From the IMG/VR virus record IMGVR_UViG_3300044513_000416, positions 1 through 43,138 of that record: 43,138 bases of DNA, one strand, 5' to 3'. Positions 16,941 to 25,623 of the stretch are shown piece by piece (within the stretch, counting starts at the first letter, position 1; each line of letters starts with the position of its first letter). The stretch comes from a virus (lineage: Duplodnaviria > Caudoviricetes). Below the pieces are notes generated by a model that was not told where the DNA came from, made no database searches, and saw only the letters and a list, made by a program, of their open reading frames with translations. A program made the translations under genes and the position numbers.

Positions 16941-17810
16941 TTAGGCATATAAGATATCTTTAATTAATATTTTATTTTTGTCCATTTGTTCGTGAGGCTC
17001 ATCAACACCTGTGTTAAAGCCATAGCATGTTTTACACGCTTCCAATGCTGTAGTTTGTTCCAACAGTTTAGTTAATTGTTCCTCTGCATCGGCGTCGTGT
17101 ATGTTTATTCTATCAGCATCAAAGTCAAACCTACTACATGATTCTTGTTCGTATAGTTTGTCCTTCATTAATGTTATTGGGCACCTATAAAAATGTCCAT
17201 CGTGAAATCCCCAGGTGCTATCCTTCATCCAGCAACTTGAAAATATTTCGTTTGCCTTTTCGTCTGACCACCTTTCAGTAGCCCACATTCTTTTAAAGTA
17301 ACCTTGTTCTATGTTTACTTCTGCCCCTTTGGACTTAATATCTTTTTCATACCCCTTAAACTTATTGTATACCTCAGGGTCTGTAATATCGTTACATTTT
17401 AAATGTGGATATTGTTTTAACTTTTCTTCTATCTTTCTAAACACTTTATCGTAATTAATGTTTGTGTTTTGATAAACACTAATATTTAAAATGTCTAATG
17501 CTTCCCAGAATTCATCTGGTTGGCTAACTAAGTTAAGACAGTTTGTAATAAGATTTGTTTTGTAAACAAGACCACACTCCTTTGGATATTTCATAATTTC
17601 TATAATATCAGGGTGTGTTGTAGGTTCACCTCCACTTATTCTAACCACATCTAGTTTAAATAAGTCTTTCATTCTATCACAATCTTTTTTAAATTGTTCT
17701 AGATTAATAGCGTGTTTACTTTTGAAATAAGGACTGCCCATAGAACAGTTTTTACATTTTAGATTACAATCTAAAACGGGCCAGATTTCTAAGTAAGTTT
17801 TTTGCCTCAT
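16941..17810 (-). CDS. Radical SAM protein with C-terminal Cys cluster (SPASM/twitch-like)
   Basis: CNLKCKNC, SGGEP, ITN, then C...YRCP...CKTC. Start set at ATG 17810 (TGATG coupling). Confidence 0.9.
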   Translation of the reverse strand: MRQKTYLEIWPVLDCNLKCKNCSMGSPYFKSKHAINLEQFKKDCDRMKDLFKLDVVRISGGEPTTHPDIIEIMKYPKECGLVYKTNLITNCLNLVSQPDEFWEALDILNISVYQNTNINYDKVFRKIEEKLKQYPHLKCNDITDPEVYNKFKGYEKDIKSKGAEVNIEQGYFKRMWATERWSDEKANEIFSSCWMKDSTWGFHDGHFYRCPITLMKDKLYEQESCSRFDFDADRINIHDADAEEQLTKLLEQTTALEACKTCYGFNTGVDEPHEQMDKNKILIKDILYA

Positions 17811-18031
17811 CAAATGCCGGTTGGACCTACCGTTTTCCAAACTAGTTTGATTCCTCTTCTGTCTAGTTCGTTCCTACACTTCTGTTTTATTTTTGGCTTT
17901 TGACCTTCGTTGATATATTTAAGTAACTCTTCTTTTGGAGTATTTTTAATATAAAAATGTTCAACAGGTGCAGTAGAAGGGTTACCACCTTTTACGTATT
18001 TCTTTTGTGAGGGTTTAAATTTTATTGGCAT
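17810..18031 (-). CDS. Small basic hypothetical protein
   Basis: SD GGAG and late promoter at 18054-18061. Confidence 0.75.
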   Translation of the reverse strand: MPIKFKPSQKKYVKGGNPSTAPVEHFYIKNTPKEELLKYINEGQKPKIKQKCRNELDRRGIKLVWKTVGPTGI

Positions 18032-18053
18032 CACTTTTCTCCATAATTTTTAT

Positions 18054-18061
18054 TATTTATA
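18054..18061 (-). promoter_or_regulatory. T4 late promoter TATAAATA
   Basis: Exact intergenic motif. Confidence 0.8.
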
Positions 18062-18076
18062 TGCAGAAAAAAGTTT

Positions 18077-18331
18077 TTAGCGTGGCTTTGGTATATCCTG
18101 TATTAGTTCCAAAGTTTCGTTTACTTCGCCTATAGTTAGATGTCCCAAAACATCATCAGTAATTGGGGTATCATAACAAAGTTCCCCCTCTTTTAAAACT
18201 GCTAACTCCCATAGGTCATCCTTACCGCCGTATGAAAAACCATGTTTTACTACTGAAGCACCATAACCATTTGGAAATTTGTAAACATATTGCTTACCGC
18301 CATTAACTTCATTTATTTCTGTGCAATACAT
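18077..18331 (-). CDS. Conserved phage hypothetical protein
   Basis: FPNGYGASVV...SYGG...LWELAVL...YDTPITDDVLG pattern. Start ATG 18331 with SD GGGAG. Confidence 0.8.
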   Translation of the reverse strand: MYCTEINEVNGGKQYVYKFPNGYGASVVKHGFSYGGKDDLWELAVLKEGELCYDTPITDDVLGHLTIGEVNETLELIQDIPKPR

Positions 18332-18468
18332 TAAGATAATCTCCCTACTATAAAGCCAAACCAAAAAATAAAAATATCAAATACAAAGTGCATTGCAAAA
18401 CTTAATGCAAATATTTCCTTCCAATGAACTTTACAGATATCAAACCATTCAATAATTTTGTTTATCAT
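18331..18468 (-). CDS. Small membrane protein (45 aa)
   Basis: Manual translation MINKIIEWFDICKVHWKEIFALSFAMHFVFDIFIFWFGFIVGRLS. ATGA and TAATG overlaps at both ends. Confidence 0.75.
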   Translation of the reverse strand: MINKIIEWFDICKVHWKEIFALSFAMHFVFDIFIFWFGFIVGRLS

Positions 18469-19742
18469 AATTTTTCTCCAACTTCAAAACCCCTAAATGT
18501 TTTAAATCTAGGGAACCTTAAACTGTAGGAACCATCTTGGTTTTGTGTAATTGCATCTGCTCTTACTTCAACCAATTGTCCTATTACTTTATCCTTAGCA
18601 TCCCAGAATACATCTCTGTCGTTGTCGCTAAGTCCACTGCCAACATTTACTTTGATAAACTGTCCATCATCTGTGCCTTCACAAATTAGTGCGCCGAGTC
18701 TACCCTCGTTTCTACCTGTGCCTTCTTCGACTTCTGTTACTGTAAGAGTTACTTCTATAAAAGGTTTAATTTTTAACCAAGCATAACTTCGTTTACATTC
18801 ATAGATTGAATCAACTGGCTTGACCATTAGTCCTTCATAACCATTGTCCAATGCTTCTTTGTTCATAACTGAAAATTTATTTTGACCTTCAGGTGTATCT
18901 AAATTCATTCTTTCATATCTAACAGTTACAAGTGGGAATATATTTAAACTAGGTGCTCTTAATTGTTCCTTTCTTTCTAGTAAAGTCTTAGTGCCTTTGC
19001 CTGCTCTAAACTCTTCTAATTTAATAATATCAAATACAGCTAAGTAAGCATCCTCAGTATTTACATCTGATTTTCTGTGAACTTGTTTCATTAAAGTTTG
19101 AAAATCATCGGACATAACTTCGCCGTCAAATACATATCCTTCAAAAGCATCTCTACTTAGAGCCTTTTCAATATGTGGGAAGTTTGTAAGTAATTTACCA
19201 TTACGTGAATACAATGTAGCACTGCCATTTTTAACAATAGCAATAACACGAACGCCGTCATATTTGTATTCAACGACAACTTCGCCTTTCATTTTGTTCT
19301 CATTTTTTGTGCCGTCATGTGCAAGCATACAAGTAAACATAGGAATAATAGGTTCCTTACCTGCCTCTTTAGCCATCTTGTTAATTGTTTTTTCTGAAAC
19401 ACCACAACGTAAGTCCTTAATAAGAATACGTCTATACCAATCGTTCCATTGTAGTGTAGTAGATTTATTCATACAATTAATAATGGCTTCTTTGGCAGCA
19501 TTACCTGTAACTTCTCGATTTTGTAAATCACAAAGTAAACGTTCAAAATCAATCCAACTTAGACCAGGGCCTTCACTTTTGGAAATAGGAACATCCTTAA
19601 CTCCAAATGTAATCATAGGGTCAAGTGCTTCTCTACAACCTAAAATAAATTCCTCATTATCTAGGTGTTCGCCAATAATCTTTTCTTTAAATAAACGACT
19701 ATTGTCTGATTCTAATTTTTTAATTATAATCCACGGTTTCAT
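18465..19742 (-). CDS. gp30: ATP-dependent DNA ligase
   Basis: KYDGVR, FDGE, EGLMVK, WLKIK and SLRFPRF. Confidence 0.96.
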   Translation of the reverse strand: MKPWIIIKKLESDNSRLFKEKIIGEHLDNEEFILGCREALDPMITFGVKDVPISKSEGPGLSWIDFERLLCDLQNREVTGNAAKEAIINCMNKSTTLQWNDWYRRILIKDLRCGVSEKTINKMAKEAGKEPIIPMFTCMLAHDGTKNENKMKGEVVVEYKYDGVRVIAIVKNGSATLYSRNGKLLTNFPHIEKALSRDAFEGYVFDGEVMSDDFQTLMKQVHRKSDVNTEDAYLAVFDIIKLEEFRAGKGTKTLLERKEQLRAPSLNIFPLVTVRYERMNLDTPEGQNKFSVMNKEALDNGYEGLMVKPVDSIYECKRSYAWLKIKPFIEVTLTVTEVEEGTGRNEGRLGALICEGTDDGQFIKVNVGSGLSDNDRDVFWDAKDKVIGQLVEVRADAITQNQDGSYSLRFPRFKTFRGFEVGEKL

Positions 19743-19769
19743 AATTACCTCTCTTCTAAATATAACTAA

Positions 19770-19798
19770 ATTATATTACCTTTTTTATTCGGTGTCAA
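19770..19798 (-). promoter_or_regulatory. sigma70-type promoter of ligase
   Basis: TTGACA-N17-TATAAT, leadered, with SD GAGG. Confidence 0.9.
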
Positions 19799-19946
19799 CT
19801 AATTCTTCAACAATTCCGAAAATTTCTGCAACTAAAAATCCTATTCCAGCCATTGCAAAAGCACCCATTCCTAGGGCTAAAGCTGAAAAAATACGTATAC
19901 CACTTTTAATAAGTGATATGTTTAAATGGTTTGCTTTAAAGTTCAT
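19785..19946 (-). CDS. Small membrane protein (53 aa)
   Basis: Manual translation MNFKANHLNISLIKSGIRIFSALALGMGAFAMAGIGFLVAEIFGIVEELVDTE, with SD GAGGAG. Confidence 0.75.
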   Translation of the reverse strand: MNFKANHLNISLIKSGIRIFSALALGMGAFAMAGIGFLVAEIFGIVEELVDTE

Positions 19947-20604
19947 CAGCATACTCCTCTTTTATTACGGTTTCAATATCATAAGAACCAATTTGCTCAT
20001 GCCATTTAGAATTATACATTCCTAACTTTGCCTCAAAGCCCTTGCCTGTAGATGAATAATCATCATATATCATTTCAAGTTCTTTGCCGTTATAAGCAAT
20101 TGATTCAACTAAATTCGCAAGGTCAGTTTCAACACCACCAAACATTAATTTGCTTGGGTCGAACTCCTCACACTTTACATCGGCATACCAGAATTCACCC
20201 TTCTCGGCTGAAAAATATGTAACTGCTGGTTCGCCTTCTTCTTCTGTATCTAAATGTGTATCTAGATAACATTCTCTACTATAGACCTGTATACAGTCAT
20301 CTAAGTCCATATAGAATTCTGTATCGTCAATCTCTTCGTCGTTTTCATTCATTTCTACAACTCTGAGTTCACAGTCTATCCAACAACCTGACATATGTTC
20401 TATGTCATCTATGTCGTGCCAATAAATTTCATCGTCAACATCATCAACAAATGATGGACCCATTTCGTTCTCATAGTCAAAAGCTTTTTCCTCTAAATCA
20501 TGAGGGTCTTTATCTTTAAAGTGGTCGTAAAATTTTTGGCTTACTCTTCCGATTGTAAGTTCGCCACCATAGCGTTGCCCATGTATTCTAAATGTTTTAG
20601 ACAC
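19936..20604 (-). CDS. Highly acidic hypothetical protein
   Basis: 222-aa ORF, roughly a quarter Asp/Glu by manual count. Confidence 0.8.
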   Translation of the reverse strand: MSKTFRIHGQRYGGELTIGRVSQKFYDHFKDKDPHDLEEKAFDYENEMGPSFVDDVDDEIYWHDIDDIEHMSGCWIDCELRVVEMNENDEEIDDTEFYMDLDDCIQVYSRECYLDTHLDTEEEGEPAVTYFSAEKGEFWYADVKCEEFDPSKLMFGGVETDLANLVESIAYNGKELEMIYDDYSSTGKGFEAKLGMYNSKWHEQIGSYDIETVIKEEYADEL

Positions 20605-20869
20605 TGGTTACACCCCTTTTAGGAACGTGTCTATATATAACTTTTTGTAAAGCGTCTTTTACTATAGGATTAGAACTATATCTTTCTTGTTCTAATAAAA
20701 AGCTAGCTGCCTCTGCTCTTGTCATTTCAGTAGGCAAAGCTGTAAAGTAAACGTCTGTATGGTCTTTTAGTTTTTTAACTCTACCAACCATATCGTTACC
20801 GAATCTAGCTTTAGTTATGCCTGTTGGTGTTGTAGAAACACCTGCATATAAAAATTTTTGATTTGTCAT
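20597..20869 (-). CDS. Hypothetical early protein
   Basis: SD AAGGTG, directly behind a sigma70-type promoter. Confidence 0.8.
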   Translation of the reverse strand: MTNQKFLYAGVSTTPTGITKARFGNDMVGRVKKLKDHTDVYFTALPTEMTRAEAASFLLEQERYSSNPIVKDALQKVIYRHVPKRGVTSV

Positions 20870-20898
20870 ATATTCACCTTTAGTTTAATTAATACCAT

Positions 20899-20927
20899 AT
20901 TTTAACATCTTAGGAACCAAAAGTCAA
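20899..20927 (-). promoter_or_regulatory. sigma70-type promoter
   Basis: TTGACT-N17-TAAAAT with TG extension. Confidence 0.8.
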
Positions 20928-21373
20928 GCATTTATTTCAAAAAATTCAAGTCTATGTTTATACGGAACTTGACATCTTGGATACTTAACCAATAGGTCAC
21001 TACCCCTTTCAAATCTAACAAGTAGGTTTGGAAACTCTGTAATATCACAAGCTATGTAAATTATTTCTTTGGCGTGTTCGTGTGCCTCTTCTTGAACAAA
21101 AACTCTACCGACTCCGCCCATCTTACTCGGTGCAAAACCTAGTCCACCTTTGGTGAAACATTTTTGGTCATACTTTTGTCCGCTTTCATCTATATGGTCA
21201 TGTCCCCTACCATCTACGAAGGTAAGTTCTGGGAACCATATTTCTAATTGTTTTTCTAGGAAGTGAGATGACAATCTGCCATCTTTGAGAAGTTTATAAC
21301 ATTGTTCTTTGGTTAAATCTCCAAATGCAACATTATCTATTATAAACTCATAGGTGTGGTTTAATTGAATCAT
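20924..21373 (-). CDS. Hypothetical protein, possible PD-(D/E)xK nuclease fold
   Basis: E in helix (FLEKQ), then GHD...YDQK. Start moved to ATG 21373, downstream of the -10 box. Confidence 0.55.
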   Translation of the reverse strand: MIQLNHTYEFIIDNVAFGDLTKEQCYKLLKDGRLSSHFLEKQLEIWFPELTFVDGRGHDHIDESGQKYDQKCFTKGGLGFAPSKMGGVGRVFVQEEAHEHAKEIIYIACDITEFPNLLVRFERGSDLLVKYPRCQVPYKHRLEFFEINA

Positions 21374-21379
21374 GTAAAC

Positions 21380-21408
21380 ATTATACACTCAACGATGTAT
21401 AATGTCAA
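21380..21408 (-). promoter_or_regulatory. sigma70-type promoter
   Basis: TTGACA-N17-TATAAT, 6 nt from ATG 21373. Confidence 0.9.
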
Positions 21409-21418
21409 GCATTAAATG

Positions 21419-21457
21419 CCTCGGGGGTAAATGGACCTGCAGAGCATACCCCCTAGG
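21419..21457 (-). terminator. GC-rich stem-loop, probable transcript 3' end
   Basis: CCTAGGGGGTA / TACCCCCGAGG (one mismatch) with a 17-nt loop, directly after a stop codon. Weak U-tract. Confidence 0.5.
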
Positions 21458-21460
21458 ACT

Positions 21461-21841
21461 TTACTTGCCAAATGCCTTGCCGGCTTCCGCAATTCCAAAT
21501 GAACCTAAAGTTACAACTACGAATGAAGTGTAGATTGTATCTGAGATTGTGAGGTCTTGCCCCCAAAATCCGGTTACTAAATCTGTAATACCAAATAATA
21601 CCATCATAAAGAATGATATAAAACCTATAATAGATTTTTCATTGATATTGTTGTTGTCTCTGAATAAAGAACCAAAAGTAAATTTGGATTCAGGTTTAGC
21701 TTGATCGCTTACAATTTTTAATTCTTTGGAAAGTTTTTCCATTTCCTTAATTTTGTCATTAGCTTCATCAAGTTTAATTATGAGGTCAGTATATTTATCC
21801 AACTCCATAGTTGCTTTGTTGCTCATTACATCGTCGCTCAT
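21461..21841 (-). CDS. Two-TM membrane protein with N-terminal coiled coil (holin-like)
   Basis: Hydrophobic IIGFISFFMMVLFG and FVVVTLGSFGI segments, with ATGA overlap. Confidence 0.7.
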   Translation of the reverse strand: MSDDVMSNKATMELDKYTDLIIKLDEANDKIKEMEKLSKELKIVSDQAKPESKFTFGSLFRDNNNINEKSIIGFISFFMMVLFGITDLVTGFWGQDLTISDTIYTSFVVVTLGSFGIAEAGKAFGK

Positions 21842-22299
21842 GATGTTTTCCTCTTGTCCATTGCTCTAGAGCCAAACCAGAATGAAATAATGGCAGCAAA
21901 TATTGCTTTAGAATCTTCGTCCCACAAAATGCTTAAGGATTCAGATACTGACATTCCCTGTTTTAATGCTTCTATTAATAGCGCAATTTCAATTGCACAA
22001 AAAAGTCCAAAGAAACAATATGTAATAACAGGCCTTACAGATTTTTGTAAAGCTGATATAAAACCAGTTCCTTTGTTTATTGAAACGTCATGTGCGATTA
22101 GGCGTTCATGTTCTTTATCATTTGCCTGTGCTTGAAACATCTGAAATTGAGTTTCAGACATTTGTGATTGTAACTCCGATTGGAGTTTTATTTTTTCTAA
22201 TTCAAATTTTCTGTCCGCTTTATCTTTGAAACCGTCAATTATTCCTGGAATAACTGAACCGCCAAGACCCAAAGCAGAACCTAATAATCCACTTAACAT
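21838..22299 (-). CDS. 3TM holin-like protein
   Basis: SVRPVITY and IISFWFGSR motifs of 3TM holin-type proteins, with a late promoter upstream. Confidence 0.7.
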   Translation of the reverse strand: MLSGLLGSALGLGGSVIPGIIDGFKDKADRKFELEKIKLQSELQSQMSETQFQMFQAQANDKEHERLIAHDVSINKGTGFISALQKSVRPVITYCFFGLFCAIEIALLIEALKQGMSVSESLSILWDEDSKAIFAAIISFWFGSRAMDKRKTS

Positions 22300-22333
22300 A
22301 TTATACCTCTCTAATTTAATATATTGGGTATAA

Positions 22334-22341
22334 TATTTATA
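22334..22341 (-). promoter_or_regulatory. T4 late promoter TATAAATA
   Basis: Exact motif just after the gp41 stop. Confidence 0.8.
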
Positions 22342-22343
22342 AA

Positions 22344-23714
22344 TTAATCTAATTTAATACTGGAATAATCGTCAAGTTTTTTAAGAAAGGAGTTTTCACC
22401 CTGCCCTTGACCTGAGTCTTGGATTTGTTTTTGTGCTGAATCGTCTAAGTCAAACAATTTCATTTTACTTCTATCAACACCTATCATAAATCTTTTGTTT
22501 CTTGTAGGGTCTGAATATCTGTTCTTTAATTGTTTAACCATTATTTGTCCCATCTGTTCTAGTTCTTCTGTGCTAATCAAAGCAAACATTAAGTCTGCCG
22601 TTGCAGGCAAACCAAACGATTCAGAAGTATCTGTAAGTTCTACATCACTAGAATTGTAACCACTTCTTGTTGTTTGTGTAGCAGAAACAATAGGAACATC
22701 AAACTCTACTGCTAAGCCTCTAAGCTCTTCTGCGATACTTTTAATAATTGTATAAGAGTTTGCAGAACTACCTGGCCTAAATCTACTGCTTGTGCAAATG
22801 TTTAGATAGTCAATAAAAATAATATCAGGAACAAAGTTTCTTTTAATTTTTAACTCATCAAGTAATACTTTAAAATGACCGGCGTGTGCTGATGCTGTAG
22901 GATATTCTTTAATAACAAGTCTACCCTCAATCTTCTTTTTAATCTTATCAATTCTTTCATCAAACATCTGCTTAGATAAATCTTTTAAATCCTGTATAGC
23001 AATGTTCATCATATTTGCATCTATTCTTTCTGCAATTCTTTCTTCTGCCATTTCTAATGTAATGTATAAAACATTTTTGCCTTGTTTAATTGCTCCTGAG
23101 GACATATGACACATAAACAACGACTTACCTACTCCCGTGCCTGCAAGTGCTATATTCAATGTTTTGTTTGATAATCCACCTTCAGTAATTTTATTAAAAA
23201 ACTCTAAATCGAAAGGCATTTTTTCTTCTAGTCTGTGATAAAAGTCAAAACGTTCTTCAGCATTTTCTATATAGTCATGTCCAACTGTAACATTAAATCC
23301 TATACTTAGGGCATCTGAAAGTATGCTAGGTAATGCATCAGGAGTCTTTTCACCTTTACCATCTATAATTTGTATGGATTCCATTATGGCATTGTAAACA
23401 GCTTTGTCCTTACAGAACTGTTCAGTAGTATCTAAAAGCCATTCCTCATTAGTGTTATCTTCTATAAGTCCATTAATTAACGTTTCACATTTACCATATA
23501 AATCTTCACTAATGCTTCTATTTTCTTGTAGGGCTATAAGTAAGGCAGACTTACTAGGAGGGGAATTATATTTTACAACAAAGTTAGAAATAGTTTTATA
23601 AACTTCTCTATCTTCTACATCTAAAAAATAATCTGGTTTTAGAAAAGGAACAACCTTTCTAACATATTCTTCATTAAATAATAGGTTGCTCAGTATCTGT
23701 GTTTCTAATCTCAT
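22344..23714 (-). CDS. gp41: T4 gp41-like replicative helicase
   Basis: AGTGVGKS, ITLEM, IDYLNI, SATQTTR, SESFG and KQLKNR. Confidence 0.97.
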   Translation of the reverse strand: MRLETQILSNLLFNEEYVRKVVPFLKPDYFLDVEDREVYKTISNFVVKYNSPPSKSALLIALQENRSISEDLYGKCETLINGLIEDNTNEEWLLDTTEQFCKDKAVYNAIMESIQIIDGKGEKTPDALPSILSDALSIGFNVTVGHDYIENAEERFDFYHRLEEKMPFDLEFFNKITEGGLSNKTLNIALAGTGVGKSLFMCHMSSGAIKQGKNVLYITLEMAEERIAERIDANMMNIAIQDLKDLSKQMFDERIDKIKKKIEGRLVIKEYPTASAHAGHFKVLLDELKIKRNFVPDIIFIDYLNICTSSRFRPGSSANSYTIIKSIAEELRGLAVEFDVPIVSATQTTRSGYNSSDVELTDTSESFGLPATADLMFALISTEELEQMGQIMVKQLKNRYSDPTRNKRFMIGVDRSKMKLFDLDDSAQKQIQDSGQGQGENSFLKKLDDYSSIKLD

Positions 23715-23850
23715 CTATAAATTCCTTTCTTATTATTTCTATACAGGGCTCGCATAGGTATACTTCGCCGTCCATTGTATTAAAACATATACCCTCATCA
23801 TTGTCAAGGATATTGTCATCACAACGGTCACATTTACCCAATATTGTCAT
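23674..23850 (-). CDS. Small Cys-containing protein (CxxC...CxxC)
   Basis: KCDRCDD...LCEPC, bridging uvsX and gp41. Confidence 0.7.
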   Translation of the reverse strand: MTILGKCDRCDDNILDNDEGICFNTMDGEVYLCEPCIEIIRKEFIDEIRNTDTEQPII

Positions 23851-24898
23851 ATGCTTCTGCAATGTCTTCCTCTGAAATTTCTTCCTGCATTATTTTGCCT
23901 GTTGAGATTAGATAGTGGTCTTCAACCCATTTTGTAAATGTGGCATCTGCTAATACAGGTAACCAGAATTCTTTACTATAGGTTTCTTTTGTTCTAAACT
24001 TTTTACTGTCTGTTCCATCGGCAGCTACTTGATACCAGCCATTACTAGGTTTTACAACGTGACCCGATTCTAATGCTATATCTAAAAGACCAGACCATTT
24101 ACTAATACCACCTTCAAAGGATACTTCAACTGGTATTTTACTTTTCTCTCTAACAAATCTAGACTTCTCAACATTAATTACAAAGTCATAACCTGAAACA
24201 TCTGAACCTGTTTTTTGTTGCCTTCTACCAATAATAAAAATGTTATCAGCAGAATAATAAATGCCTGTTCCACCTGAAACAATAGCTTTAGGAAACAATC
24301 CCATTTCTTGATATGTATGATTAACAACAACTGCTGGCAAATCTTTAATTGTTAAATGTGGTGTAATCATTCTGAATAACGACTTCATTTGTTTTGCCCT
24401 TGTCATATCAGCAACACTTTTACCATCTAAGGCATCATCTACTTCTTTCTTACTAGCCAAGTTACCTACGGAGTCAACAATAATCATAACTCTGTCACCT
24501 CGCTCTAAGCCATTTAACTGCGACATAACATCATGCTTTAATTGTTCAATGTCTGTAATAGGTGTATGAATAACTTTATCAGTATCAATACCAAAGGAAT
24601 CGAAATATCCTTGAGGAGCACCAAACTCTGAATCGTAAAATAAAATAACAGAATCATCATACTTGTCTAAATATGACTTAGCAAGTAACATAGCAAATGC
24701 TGTTTTAAAATGTTTACTTGGACCTGCAAAAACTGTAAGTCCTGGTGTTAGTCCACCATCTAATTTACCTGACAATGCTACGTTCAAAGCAGGAACAGGT
24801 GTTTGTATCAAATCTTTTGTATTAAAAAATTTAGATTCGGAAAGTATTCCGGACTCCTTAATTGTAGAGTTCTTTTTAATTTTATCTAATAAGCTCAT
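23834..24898 (-). CDS. uvsX: UvsX RecA-like recombinase
   Basis: GPSKHFKT P-loop, YDSEFG, DSVGNLAS and SGGTG. Confidence 0.97.
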   Translation of the reverse strand: MSLLDKIKKNSTIKESGILSESKFFNTKDLIQTPVPALNVALSGKLDGGLTPGLTVFAGPSKHFKTAFAMLLAKSYLDKYDDSVILFYDSEFGAPQGYFDSFGIDTDKVIHTPITDIEQLKHDVMSQLNGLERGDRVMIIVDSVGNLASKKEVDDALDGKSVADMTRAKQMKSLFRMITPHLTIKDLPAVVVNHTYQEMGLFPKAIVSGGTGIYYSADNIFIIGRRQQKTGSDVSGYDFVINVEKSRFVREKSKIPVEVSFEGGISKWSGLLDIALESGHVVKPSNGWYQVAADGTDSKKFRTKETYSKEFWLPVLADATFTKWVEDHYLISTGKIMQEEISEEDIAEAYDNIG

Positions 24899-25623
24899 TC
24901 TTTTCTCCGAGATTTATTTAGTGTAAGGGCTACAGCCATTGGATTGTCAATATTATAACATAAAGTAGATATGTGTGTCAAGTCTTTTGGAAAACAATTT
25001 CCGCCAAAACCTAACTGACCATCTGGTCCTGGAACTTGCCAATGTGTTCCACCCAGCCATATATCTTTTTCTAAAAGATTGGCTACTTCATTATATTTTA
25101 TTCCATGCTGTTCGCATATTTCATAAAAATCATTAGCAAGTGCAACCCTCATGGCTAAAGAGGCATTCCTTGCTAACTTAAACATTGAGGCACCCTTTGC
25201 CCCTAATACGGTTGGGGATTTTATATCCTTAAATGTAGAAACAAACCCCTCGTGAACTTCTCCTGGAAACCCCATAACTAAAGGTAAATTAGGATTATCT
25301 ACATCCTCCTTCCAAGAACGCTCACGTAAAAACTCTGGCATAATAATAGCATGGGGAAACTTTTCCACTTGGTCAGGCCCTATTGTGCTTCTTATTACTG
25401 TTTGTTTATCCTTAAATTGTTCATATACTTTTTCTAGTATAGAAGTATCTAATGTGTTATCTTTTAGTGGAGTAGGGACGCACAAAAACACATAGTCTAC
25501 CTCACTAACCTCAGTATCAAAGCCTAAGGGCGGGTCATATATGCTTATTTCAGCATTTACTTTACTTAACAGATATTCTGTAGCCTTTCCTACAAAACCA
25601 TACCCTACGATTAATGCTCTCAT
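24895..25623 (-). CDS. UDP-glucose/GDP-mannose dehydrogenase-like protein (short form)
   Basis: GYGFVG, CVPTP, RST, PEFLRE, K...N and GFGGNCFPKD. Lacks the C-terminal domain. Confidence 0.88.
   Translation of the reverse strand: MRALIVGYGFVGKATEYLLSKVNAEISIYDPPLGFDTEVSEVDYVFLCVPTPLKDNTLDTSILEKVYEQFKDKQTVIRSTIGPDQVEKFPHAIIMPEFLRERSWKEDVDNPNLPLVMGFPGEVHEGFVSTFKDIKSPTVLGAKGASMFKLARNASLAMRVALANDFYEICEQHGIKYNEVANLLEKDIWLGGTHWQVPGPDGQLGFGGNCFPKDLTHISTLCYNIDNPMAVALTLNKSRRKE
24952..24981 (-). promoter_or_regulatory. sigma70-type promoter for uvsX, embedded in the upstream CDS
   Basis: TTGACA-N18-TATAAT with TG extension. Confidence 0.75.

Noticed and set aside
22341-22380. Extra sigma70 promoter at the gp41 3' end (TTGACG...TAGATT)
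   Set aside because: Poor -10 match and 18-nt spacing. The adjacent exact late box explains downstream expression.
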